A DNA stretch of 64,000 nucleotides. It comes from Marsupella aquatica (taxonomy: Eukaryota > Plantae > Marchantiophyta). Under the pieces are notes generated by a model that saw only the letters and a list, made by a program, of their open reading frames with translations, had not been told where the DNA came from and did no database searches. The translations under genes and the position numbers were made by a program. The DNA is taken from positions 15,872,576 to 15,936,575 of the forward strand of contig OZ316896.1 in assembly GCA_973895155.1 (NCBI GenBank). The letters run 5' to 3'. Below are positions 12,786 through 25,760 of the stretch, in pieces (within the stretch, counting starts at the first letter, position 1; each line of letters begins with the position of its first letter).

Positions 12786-14800
12786 TCAGTTCAAAGACTT
12801 CAAAATTTCTTCGGCGCTGGAAACTTCGAAACCTCCCCCCTGTTCGATGTTGGCCACCTTCACGACGAGATCGTCAACCAGTAACGCGTAACGGTTAGAT
12901 CGAAGTCCCAAACCCTTCTCAGACAAGTCCAACTCCAAGCCCAAAGCCTTCGTGAAAACAGCTGATCCATCGGCCACAAACTGGATGATATCGGTGTTCT
13001 TCTCATAGGTATCTGCCCACTGCTTCATGACGAACGGATCGTTCACTGCACCAGAACAAGGGCATTAAAGCATTTAAAAGACCACAATACACAAAGTACA
13101 GCGGAGAAGTCATTCCCAACTGAATTCACATTAAATCCTAAGGGGTAAGGAACCCTGTTCGCAGAAACATACCTGACACGCAATAGATTGCAGACACACC
13201 CTTTGCCTTCAATGCAGCACCGTGTTCGAGAAATGATGGAACGTGTTTCAAGCTGCAAAATATAATGTTTCGGTAAGTCGACCTACTGATTAGAATCAAT
13301 CAACCTCCGAATTCAGGAAGGCAATTAAGATAATAAACAAATGCTCAGCCATCCGAAGTTAAGTTGGGCTCTCCTGGGCTCTCCTGTCGGATGTACGACA
13401 TTCCGATCAATAGAAACAACTATATCACCACAGCTAACCATGGCAGTGTCTCCCAAGCCAGCTTCTGTCAGATTTTACTCTGCTTTGTGAGAAGCTCAAA
13501 GTTTCAGACGCTTCAGAATCATGTTCGCTGCAGAACTACCTTCCCAATTGAAACAGCAAGAAAACAGAACTTGCAGGAGAGCAACTTTCCTGAAATTCAA
13601 TAATACTGTACCAGTCGACAACGACTTGGTTCTAAAAGAATGATCAAGTGGATGGATATTGAGTAAATACTAAAGAGAGCCTATCAAGCAAGCAGGGAGG
13701 ACAACCACTAAAGAACGAGAACTAACTTCATTTCTCATTAATATCTCAGAATTGATACCCTGCAACTGAAAACGAAGAACATTTTCCACAATTGCGTCCA
13801 CATTTTGGAAGTCTACCGAGACACAGGACCACTCGCTACAGGTAGGGATCAGTAAATGGATAAGGCTTCTATGATCAGTCTAGACTCTAAATACCCACAA
13901 TACCGAGATTTGACTCAGACCATATAAGGAGAACTATCTCAATGACTCCAATCATCACTTGGGACTGGGGATAGGACCACCCGTCTATGAGCAGACAGGG
14001 AGAAATTCCCACACTAGGCCCCTCACCAAAACGGTGCCACAAAGATACTTCACTTACGATTAACGCACTCGCCGCATAAAACTTGTGGTTCTGAGAGAGC
14101 TCGCAGGCAGGCAGTGACGAGTTCATCATGTCCCATAAGATCTCTTTAAGTGGAGCACATGGGACAAGCCTTCACCGAGGGGGGGGGGGCTTCCCAGGAC
14201 TTCTATCGAAAGGACATCAGCGTCCGGGCACCCGGGTTAGATGACTTCGGTTATCGTATCATTCGTAGCATACACTCGCGCAATCATCCAAACTATGATG
14301 CTAAGTCTCAAACCCCGACGATTCAGCAGCCGCATCAGGACTTTCACGTACGCCGCGAGGGGGGACTCGCTTACAGGATAGAAGTTTAACATAGCATGAG
14401 AGAGACCAAGGCCCTCTATGCTCCACCAGCTTCCCGAAATACCTCAGACAGAAGACTTGAGGCTCTAATTCTCTTCAGAGTGGCTGATCACGAAATAATC
14501 TACTAAAATCCGAAATCCGGTTCGGTAATCTCTCCCCCTGTTTCCGATACTCCTGAGCAAGCCGAGCCAGGCAGCCGGACAACATCCATCCTTGGCAGAC
14601 ATAGCACAAACGACACAACATCTGACGAGACCCAAACAAACATCTTACCTGCAGGTGGGAGTGAACGCTCCGGGCACGGCGAAGATGACAACCTTCTTCC
14701 CGGCCGCCGCACCGTGAATGGACAGCGATTGCAATCCATCGGCGTTAATGTAATGCAGCGTGGCCTCAGGAATCTTCTCACCAACCTTGATGGGAGCCAT
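12786..14800 (-). CDS. PRXII: Type II peroxiredoxin (PrxIIB/C-like, cytosolic), 163 aa, 3 exons
   Basis: Exons 14800-14649 ([17 protein letters not shown]...[10 protein letters not shown]), 13252-13173 ([26 protein letters not shown]), 13045-12786 ([11 protein letters not shown]...[22 protein letters not shown]...). GT-AG introns, 492 nt, PxxxTxxC active site and catalytic Arg intact. Confidence 0.95.
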
Positions 14801-16182
14801 TTTGCTTCGCAAAACGATGATATCGAGCTGAGCTGATCGATGAACAATTCAACACTCTCGTGAGCGAAGGACACGAATACGGAAGAGATCGGGGAGACGC
14901 GGAGAGGAGCAGAGCTTCACAATAAGAACTCGTCAAGTTCGGCAGATGCGGAGAATGGAGTCGGATGCAGAGAACGATTTGCCTCCTTTATTAAAAACCT
15001 CGAGAGCTTCAGCACTCAACTCAGTTTTCGCACTGAACTCAGTCACCACTCAGACCCGAGATCGCGAATCGCGAAAGACTCGGAAACTCATTGAAGAGTC
15101 ATTACCATATGCGGCACCTTAATTACGGGATCGTAATGCTCACACCACGGTAACTTTTTGAGCCATTGGAGGACCGACACCTATCGTCTCGAGACCGACA
15201 GTACTATGTACGGTGTACGTACTGAATACGTCGGCTACTGACTAATTAGGGTAATGTAATGATAGAGTTAGTGGGATGTCCTTTTAAGCGCAGTCAAGGG
15301 TGCGTGGGTCGTTATCTACTGTACGTAGTTTAACGGATGTAGGGTCGTTTATATTTTCTCTCCTTTTCCGGCGGGCGAAAAAACACTAAAGAGTTGTTCG
15401 TGATTTTTTCTCTCTCTTTGTAGTTTTGGGTGTTTCTATAAAAACAAATCTCTAGATTTTTTACAGTTATCATGCCTTGTTAACTGTCCATTTTACCGGC
15501 AATAATAGCCCCTCAAATATAGGTTTAGTCTTTTGGGTATTATAGTTCACAATGCCAGAGGTACTAAATACAAGAAACTTTCTCATTTCTTTTCTTTGAA
15601 CATCAGCACCGGTGCTCTCCATCAGGGCCTAAACGAGCTATGACATCATTTTCTGGAGCACAGATTTTTTTATGCTTGCATCAGTTCTTGGTATCCCAAT
15701 ATTTTTTCCAAATAGGTCAAGGGAGGAAATGCACACTGGCAAATTGAGCATTTTTGGGGCCTGCAAAAGACTTTTTCTTTCTTGGAGACAGGTGACTGCA
15801 ACGGATGAGGCAGGTTTGTTTTCTTTTCGTACACAAGGAATGGAGGAGTTATGGCACATGTGGAGAAGCCCCCCAGCTGTAGCTTAGTGGGGCCGTTTCC
15901 CTGGACATCCCTAGTCACGTCTCCAATCCAAAGGATGGTCAAACTTTGACAAACCTAAGTTCTGCTAAAATTAACCATTTACCACAAATCCATTTTCAAT
16001 TGTATCTTGCAAAAGGTTAATTCCATGTAGAAAGCTAATCCATATGAAAAGTCACCTTGCTCAAATTCAAAAGCCATCACAGATTTGAAGAGGCGCTTTT
16101 CAAGTGAATTGTCATCAACTACTTGATAACCATCCATTAATTAAGGCAATATTTATTGTATCAATCGGGTTGAGGTTCGTGA

Positions 16183-18194
16183 ATGGCTCCAATAGCTGTT
16201 TTGGACAAGATCCCTGATGGGGATTTGTCATACATTGATGAGTATGGTGCTTTAAAGAAGGTAGATGTTTATAAGCTTGGGTTCAAGAAGAGAATTGTGA
16301 TATTCGGTCTTCCTGGAGCCTTCACACCTATTTGCAGGTATTTGATTCAGTTGCTAACCCCCCAAACTAGAATAATGTCAATATCAAAGCACAGAATTCA
16401 AAACTCCAGAAGACTAGAGTTTTCACAAACATTACTGTGACTAGCACTGACAGGACTCCAACTTGGGGGTTTTTGAACTTGCAGCCCTTGGATATTTGTA
16501 TTTCCTGTTGAAAAACAAGTGTTGCTGTATTCGGTAACCTCATAGAACATTACCATGATCTGCTAATCAATTTTAAGGGAAAATTGATTCTTACCTTGTA
16601 CAAGGTCCACAATGTATTGATGACTTTGGTACAGTTTAGAGCATGTCCCAGGCTATCTTGTGAAAGGGCCTTTACTTCAAAAGAAAGGAGTCGATGCAAT
16701 CATATGTCTCTCAGGTACGTTATAACTGGTATTAAGACCTTAAAACAAGATCAATCATACACATTACATCAAAGCGGATTTGTTCACTCTTGAAATTGGT
16801 TCAAGATATGGTCAAACTTGTATGTAATTATAATCATTGGCCAAGACCTAAAGAAAAATTCCTTCATCAAATCTGGTTAAGAAAAAGAATGATCATCTTG
16901 CCTGTTTGTGAACGATGGTTGGCATTTTAGATGCATTTTAGAGAACAAGAAGGTTAGTGTGATTTTGATGTACAGCCTTGGCCCTAGAAAGTTACAGTTG
17001 CCCTGGTATATATATGCAAGACAAGGACTACTTTGAGTTAGGATATAGGGTTTTGGGGAGTAGTTGCTTACCTTGATAACTTCAAACTTTTCTGGAAATC
17101 TCAGATCAAAGACAGCTAAAGATGAACTACTATAAGGAAACCCTTTATTAAATCATGACTTTTCATATTTGCTTGTATTGGGTTTCCTTGCTTAATTTTT
17201 CCAGGCAAACTAGTCCTAAATCCTGCTTATAGCAAGAAATTATTAAGTTCAGGGCAAAGCTGAACTTCAATGTTGCTTCCGTGATTCTCCCAAAAGGCCA
17301 TGCAGCCATTACAATGCTTTAGGGTTTATACCCAAAAATGCCCTAATTCTGCTTACATTGATATAAGCAAAGTCAACTTCGTTGTTATCAAGGGTTGCAT
17401 ACGCTCCATATAAGCAAGTTTGGCCACTATACTGATTGCTTACATTGAGGGCTCCTTAATTACTAGTCATTTAGATCAATGGAAGTAGTTTCTCAGCCAG
17501 ACCTTAATAAATTAACATATACATAACTGATGATACAATGGAAAGAAGATTCAATGGCAACCTTCTACATGTCCTTCATATATAACAAAGAGCCACCTAC
17601 TAAGGTTTAGATAGTTGGGTTCTCACATATATATCCATGAAGAGAGGTCTGAGTTGAATTGCGTAGACAAACTAGAGTAACTTACAGTTCTCATTCAAAG
17701 GAGGCTCTTCTAAGAAATTCCTCTCATAAATCTGATCGTTGTGAATAACACTTGTGCTTCTTTGAAGTGGACGGATGAAGATAATGACATTGATATCAAC
17801 AAATTTGTTTTTTCATTTATGGTATAGAAATAATGTCAGCAATTTCATTAAAGTGGTTTTGCTTAATATGTGACTAGTCAATGATCCCTTCGTCATGAGA
17901 GAGTGGGCCAAGACATATTCATCACCCAATAGGGACCTAGCTACCAATAAGAGCATTGTCCGGTTCTTAGCTGATGGCTCTGGATCTTACACCAAAGCTC
18001 TAGGTATGGAGCATGACCTCAACCGACAACAAATGGGCATCAGATCTCGTAGATATTCTTTACTCATTGATAATCTTGTTGTCAAAGTGGCAAATGTTGA
18101 GCAAGTGGAAGGTGTATTTGACGTGTCTACAGCAGAGCAAATGCTAAGTGCTTTGAATTCATTATCAAAGCCTGAGATTGACCAACTACATTGA
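16183..18194 (+). CDS. PRXII: Divergent type II peroxiredoxin paralog, 183 aa, 3 exons
   Basis: Exons 16183-16337 (MAPIAVLDKIPDG...LPGAFTPICS), 16635-16714 (LEHVPGYLVKGPLLQKKGVDAIICLS), 17878-18194 (VNDPFVMREWAKTY...GIRSRRYSLLID...). Same intron positions and 80-nt exon 2 as the neighbouring copy; 552 nt open. Confidence 0.92.
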
Positions 18195-20919
18195 AATAAG
18201 TTGATCATCATGAATAAGGGGCCAACTAGCAGGCAGTCCCTCTGTATTATTGGGGCTGGACTAGTGGCACCTGTAGCAGCCATATCCGCGCATAGCTGTC
18301 AAAGCCTTGCACAATTAGGCAACACTCGTAATTAGCTATCTGCAATTTCTATCAGAGCTGGGAGAGTGATACTATTAACATACTTGTAGTGGGTTGCGAG
18401 TGCAACATGTCTAACTTTGTGCCAACTTTGTGCCAACACAAGTATCAATCAATGCTTTGTTGAGGGAGTTTTACACGAATAGAGAGTTAGGTTGCAAAAG
18501 ACATGGTTATAACCAGTTATAACCATAGTAAGTGATCATAATGTTGTGCAAAGAGGACTCTCTCAAGAGTTCTCTAGACCTCTTCCTATATAGCATGCTC
18601 ATTCTGGAACATGTTTTACTTTTTGTCTGGTAGTGATATTAAGTGGACAAAATTAGAGAGTAAGACTAGAATACATATTAAATGTGAATGAGATCAAATA
18701 ATATAAATAAAGCACATGCAATAAAAGCACATAGTGACCAATGGAAAGTACAATTTTATGACACAAAGATACTATGAGTTGTGCACTTATTTCTACTAAT
18801 GATTCTTATTTCAATAAAAACCATAAACTTAGGAAAGAAAGTGACAAGGGGAGCTTAAGACAGGATGTGTTGACATTACTTAGAATCATTCCTCTCACTC
18901 ATGAGTATACTTAAAAGCTGTAGAAAATGAAGCCCTTAGTTTCTCTCTAGGACTTATCCAAGTTTAAAAATTAAGGGGGCTGCCAAAATAAATTCAAAAT
19001 ACTATAGGATACCAAAAATTTAAAGGGGTCCAAAAATGAATTAAAAGTCTATGTGATACAAAGGATGCCCCTGGTTAAGGTACATTCAAATAAAAATTCA
19101 TGATACACAAATATGAATAAGACAAAACATGAGAGTTGGATTCATCATATAGCAGCTTCAAAATAAAGCTGTTCTCTAGACCTCTTCCTACTACTGATGC
19201 TTAGTGTATCTGGAGAACAAAGTACGTAAGGGGTAATTTTAAGCTTCTCAAGTGTGGAGGCTTCTTAGATGGATAAAACTTGAGTAGGGTAACCCACTCC
19301 CAAGAGGCATGAGGGGTGTATGCATGGGCTGTAATCCGTGATGGTGGTTAGCCAGAAGGTTACAGATAGAGCCCCATAAGTGGAGATGAGCTACACGACT
19401 GAACTCACAAGCTGGACTCACGAGTTTGTTTTCTAAAGAGATTTTAACTTTTGAAATTCATAAGCCAACCCTCTCCCACCCCGGCCCGGGCCAGGTTGGC
19501 TAGGGATTATCAAGCTAGATCGTGGGGTCACAGCTGAAACTCCTGCAATATACAATGGGGGAAAACCAGACTAGGTGTACAACTGACAAACTTTTTATTT
19601 TTGGGATAGCAAAAGAATTGGGAAATGTCCATCCAACCAGCGTCTCTAGGGGTCTCCATCGTTTCTTGTGATCTACACTCTGTACATATTTAGTCTGTGG
19701 GTAAACAATTAGTCTTGTGCCACTTGGTGATTTCCAGATATTTTATTGTAGATCTGTGACTTACCCTTCTAGGTCTACACATTGGGACTTGAGCTGTCCT
19801 TTTAAACTGTTTTTGCCGTCTACCTGCCACTTGGTGTCTTTGTCCATACCTTTTATTTATTCCTCGCCAGTTCTTTGGGCTGCCCACCAGCTTATTTAAA
19901 AAACTTTATTCATTTTTTACTACAGTGGCTAATGATACCTGTGCGAAGTAGAAGATTCTAAGAATACTCTTATCTAATTTTGTTAGATTTTGTGCAAATA
20001 GAATACATGCAACGGCGTCCTTACATGTGATGTGTTCGCAAATGCAAAAGAGACAATAACATGCAGAGCATATGCTGCATGGTAATGTGCACATCTCGAG
20101 GGCATAAAAATGGCATAAGCTTACGGCATGCATTCCAATGTAGTGTAGCTAGGGGTCTTCAAACAAGTCATCTATCATGGTGTTCTGTACACAATGACCA
20201 GTGTAAGAAACTGCCAGAGGAACCACGTCAAGCAGGCATTATGCGTTTACGGTTATCTTGTCATGTCCAGGTGAAATAAACTTAGCATGATTAGCGACAT
20301 TGCTAAATTAGCGACATTGCTATATGGCGAACCCTAGTTACGTTTTTTTTCCCTGTTTTATTTTGGCAGAAATTAAACTCTTAATGTGCTCTTGCAATAA
20401 AAGGCATTTCTTAAAATTTGCCTTATTGAGTATTTTGAAACCCCTTTGCCAAAAAAACTAATCTTTACTTTTCATTTAATTGTTTACCCCTCTAAGAAAA
20501 ATTGAAGGTTGTATTTTACCCATATCCACAAATCCCAAACAATGTCAATAATTTTTTCTTTTACAACTTTTCACCCAAACCTGCTCCATGTAATGTAGGT
20601 AAATTTTTTTCCACTATTTTCTTTGAACGAAATTTCCAGGTATGGCTTTGAGAAGTTTAGGGACTAGCTCCATGCAATGTCCGTAATTTTTTTCCTCTAG
20701 ATTTCGTTTGAACCAAATTTCCAAGGGATGGCTTACAAATTTATAGGGTTTAAATCAGCATCTCAAAATCTTTGTCAGGGAATTGAGCCCTGAACTGTCC
20801 AACGGACAGTCTTCCAAGCAAAGTACCCCCCCACCCTTTAACCCCACACCCCCTCTCTTTAACTCAAATAGAAAGCAATGTAACCAAAATTTTCCATTAT
20901 TCATTAGTAGGTTCTGTTT

Positions 20920-22450
20920 TCACTTTAAAAATTGATTTGTACAAAGCAACTCTTCTGCTAATCTTCTTGGTGGCACTTCCTCACAATCATCATTAGAGGA
21001 CAAACAGATTACCTTAGCATTTGCACATTTTCCAGAGTTTAAAAGATCAGTGGTCTCAAGATAATTAGAATCTGGCATGGCCAAAGTGTCTTTCATATTC
21101 AGGCAAACTATTCCAAGAACATGTTTCCAAAGCTTCCTTACTCGTCTTTGCAAATCTCACAACTTTTTCTTTAGCCTCTCTCTTCATTGGAACTCTGTGT
21201 AATACACTTTCCACAGGAGACACATTCATTACATTACTTCTTGGAGAATCCTCTTCACCAAAATCATCATCCCAATATCTACCATGTTGGGATTTTTGTT
21301 TCTTGACAAAAATATTCTCCGCATCTTCTTTCTTAATATTGAAAGGATCTACTATACATTTCCAGAGTGAAATCATCCTAGAAAATTGCATACCTTGTCC
21401 ATTCAGAGGAATAATCTAACTTGCAGCAGGCATAAAAATTCCAGACTTGATCATGTCAGTAAGGGTGGATAAAAAAGTAGCAACAAGAGGTCTGTCACAA
21501 TTATATTTGTTCCAAACATACAGTCTTTCACCCACGTTTTTGTTAGTTAAAGTTACCCTGGTTTTCAAATCAGCTTTTCCATACATAGAATGTAATGTTT
21601 TACTTGTTGTCACTTCTGCATCAGTGACATTGAACATTACAGACTCAAAATGCTCTGCACCTGTATCTTTCAAACAATAACCAATCATGCCTTTGTAGGT
21701 GTGAATAAATCTATTAGTTACCAACTTACAATTCACCTTACCCACAGGATTCATGTTTTTCAAACAATGTCAACCCATATATTTCCTGACAAGCACACCA
21801 AAAGATCTAGCTAGCAGATTTAGTTCTTGCTCTAATGACCATTTGCATATGCAAGTGATTCTTAATATCACCTCTCTCAATGGCAACTAGACCTGATACA
21901 CAATGGTCTCTCATCAGAGTATTCATGAGATCAATCTCAGTTGGATTTATATCTGCACCTAAGTATCCAATGGTAAATAATACTTAATTCTTTCACATTA
22001 TCAACCATACTAATATTTCTCTCCTTTGCTATCACCAGTCTTGCCTTTCTTTTCAAAGAAACCATGACAAATGAGCACACAGTTCTCTGGACTATAAATT
22101 TTTGTCACCTTCTTTACAGATACAAGGTAGAATATCAAACACAAACACAGGATAAATATCGTCACTTTTAACAAGAAAAATACTTTGAACTCTTTACATT
22201 CTACTACAATCTCATCCTCCCCAGTTTCTGGAGTTGAATCTAAGATTCGAAGTGGACCACCAAAGTATTTTTTCTTGACCTTGTTTACATACAACCCAAC
22301 AATACTTCACGTCTCTTACACAACTAGAAGTTTCCTTTCGAATATTTTCCAAGATAGATTCTCCTATGTCAGATATTGCATAGGGTGTGAGAAGCTCCTC
22401 TGGAAGCTGACTTTCCAAGGACATGAAGCTTATAGGATGTTATAGGATTA
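20920..22450 (-). pseudogene. HUH endonuclease/Rep transposase (Replitron type), disrupted
   Basis: Manual minus-strand translation: LFTIGYLGADINPTEIDLMNTLMRDHCVSGLVAIERGDIKNHLHMQMVIRARTKSA (HUH motif HLHMQ 21843-21857). Then a 4-bp CTAG duplication frameshift (~21807-21814), RSFGVLVRKYMG*HCLKNMNPVGKVNCK...HTYKGMIGYCLKD (Tyr motif 21665-21679)...MPAAS*IIPLNGQGMQFSRMISLWKC. Both stops sit at likely Trp codons. Confidence 0.85.
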
Positions 22451-22629
22451 AAGAAGAAAAAGTTAACATAACTCTGTCACAACAAAACAAAGAAAGTTAG
22501 AGGAAAAAGTTAGCATAATTTTGTCTCAACAAAACAAAGAAAGTTAGTAGAACACTGGTTAGCACAACATAGATTAGCACAACACCAGTTGGTTAGCACA
22601 AGATCATTGGTTAGAATGACAAATGTTTT

Positions 22630-23340
22630 ATCAAAGGTCACTAAGACTTGAGAGCCAAGCACTGGAGCACACCACTGAACAAAATCCCACTGAAGCAATG
22701 ACAAGACTGAGCACTAAGGCTTGAGAGCACAGGGAAGCGATGACACAACTGAGCACTGAGAAGCTGGAGCAATGACACAGCTGAGCAGTGAACAAAAATC
22801 CACTGGATTGATAGCAGGGCTGAGTCCTGAGGCTTGAGACCATTGGGAAGCGATGGCAGAGCTTAGCACTGAAGCAATGGCACTGAACGATAGACCACTA
22901 GAGCCCAATGGAGCACTGCACTAAACAAAAACCCACTGAAATGATAGCAGGGCTGAGCACTGAGGGTTGAGACCACTGGGAAGCGATGGCAGAGCTGAGC
23001 ACTGAAGCAATGGCACTGAATGATAGCCCACCTGAGCCCACTGGAGCACAACACTAAAAAATAGCCCATTGGATCCCACAAGAGCATTGCACTAAACAAA
23101 AACCCACTGCAACAATGGCAGGGCTGAGCACTGAGGCTTGAGAGCACTGGGAAGCAATGGCAAAGCTCACATACAGTAGCCTAGTTAGTACGATCTGAGC
23201 AACTGCATGGGAGCAAAGCAGAGCCAAGCCCCTGCAAAGCAAAGGCAGAGCCAAGCAAAGAACCTGATCACTAAGACTTGAGATTGGAAGGCGATGGCAG
23301 AGCTACGTACTGAGAGCAAGAGCAAATAGCAGACTCACTG
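22630..23340. repeat. Degenerate tandem array (~115-170-bp units) inside the Replitron-like element
   Basis: Recurrent aaaa(a/t)cccactg...agggctgagcactgaggcttgaga..cactgggaagc(g/a)atggcagagct at ~22681, 22795, 22923, 23094. Confidence 0.85.
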
Positions 23341-23434
23341 AACAAGGAGGGAGGTGCTGAACTGAGAAAGGAGCTCAGCTTAAGTAGCCGTGAAGCAAGT
23401 CTAATCTCCTCCCCAGACTAATGCTAAGGTGAGT

Positions 23435-23771
23435 CACTATTCATTAAAAGTGAATTATTATTCAATTTATGAACATTTGGGTAACAAAAAGTGTACATTT
23501 GGCTTTCAAAAAGTGTACAATTGGACCAGAAATAAAGATGCTTGCCATCAAATGTACCACCATGTTCATCCTTTGTAAATGAACTAGGATGAGACTCCTT
23601 CTGGTAAAGATCATTTTTGCACCCTCAAGTTTACAATTGATCATTTAGGTGTATAGTAGTATACTATATTGTACCTTTTGGGGTTAAAAAGTGTACATTT
23701 GGAGACCAAAAAGTGAACATTTAGAGGCCTAAAAGTGAACAAAATAAAATACACTTTTAATGAATAGAGTG
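23435..23771. mobile_element. MITE-like element (possibly CACTA-related) inside the Replitron-like element
   Basis: TIRs CACTATTCATTAAAAGTG / CACTTTTAATGAATAGAGTG (2-bp indel); internal AAAAGTG(T)ACATTT subterminal repeats; TSD not clear. Confidence 0.6.
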
Positions 23772-24329
23772 ATTGCTGGAGACTAGATTATGCACAACGT
23801 TCACTTTTCCTCATACTTTCAAACTCCAAAATACTTGGAAATCTCCAAGATACATGGAAAGACTTGTTATACAGAAAACTAGCTCATGCAAAAACTCCTC
23901 CGTCCCTCACAGCAACACCGACAGCAAGCAAACAGAGGAGATTGCAGGCACGATCGTCAATCCCCAGGCACGTTGAGAGACACAATACATCACACAACAC
24001 ATTGCTGCTGCCAAATGGAATGGTACAGGGTCACGATGGACACACATTCGGCATGATGGACACACTGCGACAAAAGACCCTAAACTCTCATGAAAAAATG
24101 GATAGTGTGATAGAGTAACAAAGGACGACAATGGGCGCTCCTGCCAGTGAGAGAGTGTGTGGAGAGCGAGTAACATGGTTGAGGGCGCCCAATATCGACT
24201 CCAGCAGACACCGTCGAACTCAATTGTCTCCAACATTCAATCACCAAACTCCCTGAACTGTCCATGCATGGATTCCTTGAGATAGGCAACTCTTATTCAA
24301 GCCAGAGAGTTGAAGCTAGGCAGCAGCAT

Positions 24330-25330
24330 AAGCGGAGGGCAAGGCAACAACATCAATCTTGGATCATGAGAGCAACCGATTGAGTTCAGCCGATCGAGCC
24401 CAACATCAGAGCTACTCAGAGCTATTGAGTCCAATCCAACTAAGACATCGAGAGGCAGCAACATTGAGATGGATTCCGGCAACGAGATTAGATAGCATTG
24501 AGATGGAGTCCAACAGCAAGATCAGACAACATTGAGATGGAGTCCAGTAGCGAGAGCTGAAAGCATCGATCTTGGATCAGGAGAGCAGCCAATCAAGTCC
24601 AGCCGATCGAGTCCAGCATCAGAGGCTCTACTCAGAGCTATTGAGCCCAATCCAGCCGAGACATCGAAAGGCAGCAGCATTGAGATGGAGTCCAGCAGCC
24701 AGAGGTGGAGAGTTGAAAACGAGAGGCAGCAGCCATGGAATCCAGCAGTGAGAGCTGGAGAGCTGAAAATGAGAGCACAACTAGAATAAGGCTCATGAGC
24801 AGCACAAAAAGCTTAGCACGAAAAGCTCAGCACTTAGCACTCAGATCAGTTGTGTTTGGCTCGAGAGGGCAAGGCAACAACATCGATCTTGGATCAGGAG
24901 AGCAGCCGATCGAGTCCAGCATCAGAGCTATTGAGTCCAATCCAGCCGAGATCAAGAGGCAGCAACATTGAGATGGAGTCCAGCAGCAAGATCAGACAAC
25001 ATTGAGATGGAGTCCAATAGCGAGAGTTGGAGAGCTGAAAACGAGAGGCACAGCGGCGACAACCAAGATTGAGAGGCAACAACTGAGAGCATCGGGCCTG
25101 GACCGATCGAGAAGCTGCTATATAGAGCTTCACCTGATCACCATCAAGGGCACAGCCTGATCACCATCGAGCCGAGCTGCCGACATTGAGAGCTGAGCAC
25201 CCACGAGCAGACCACTGAGGACGACCCAGCAGCAGCGAACAGCAAGCTCCGGACCCCCGAGTTCCCCATCACCATCAGCAGCGATCAGCAGCAAGCAACA
25301 AGCTCTGGACCCCCGAGTTCCCCATCACCA
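24330..25330. repeat. Second degenerate tandem array inside the Replitron-like element
   Basis: catc(a/g)atcttggatca(t/g)gagagca(a/g)cc...agagctattgag(t/c)ccaatcca...attgagatggagtcca in ~3 copies (~24340, 24560, 24870), plus duplicated aagctc(c/t)ggacccccgagttccccatcacca (25244, 25301). Confidence 0.85.
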
Positions 25331-25647
25331 GACATTGAGAGACAGCGAGTCCAGCAGCAACATCGAGTCTAGCAGCATTGAGCCCAGCAGTAGTAGCGAG
25401 TGAGAGGCAATGAGACTTTGGGCAAAAACGAGTGCCATTGAGTAGCCCAACACTCAGATCAGTATCGAGCCAGCAGCCAACCAGGCACCAAAAATGAGCA
25501 GCAAGTACTTCCAAAAATGAGCCTGCGAATCCAAAACGAGGGAGAGGAAATGAGCAGCGACTTCTCACTACACCACTAGACCAATCCCCACCTTCTAAAC
25601 AACTTGCTCTACATCGTAAGGCCCTGGTTGTCTTGGCAGCCAACGGC

Positions 25648-25760
25648 TGCCTTGGATACCTTGCCTTGGATACTGTGCCTTGGATATTGTGCCTTGAATA
25701 CCGTGTGTTTTGGATACTGTGTACTGTGCCTTGAATACTGTGTTTTGGATACCACGCTTG
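25648..25760. repeat. ~14-bp minisatellite (CCTTGGATACTGTG-like) near the upstream end of the Replitron-like element
   Basis: About 7 degenerate copies of ttg(g/a)ata(c/t)tgtg(cc/tt). Confidence 0.85.

Noticed and set aside
12786-13046. Orphan peroxiredoxin exon or pseudogene
   Set aside because: Exons 1 and 2 were found at 14649-14800 and 13173-13252; the gene is complete.
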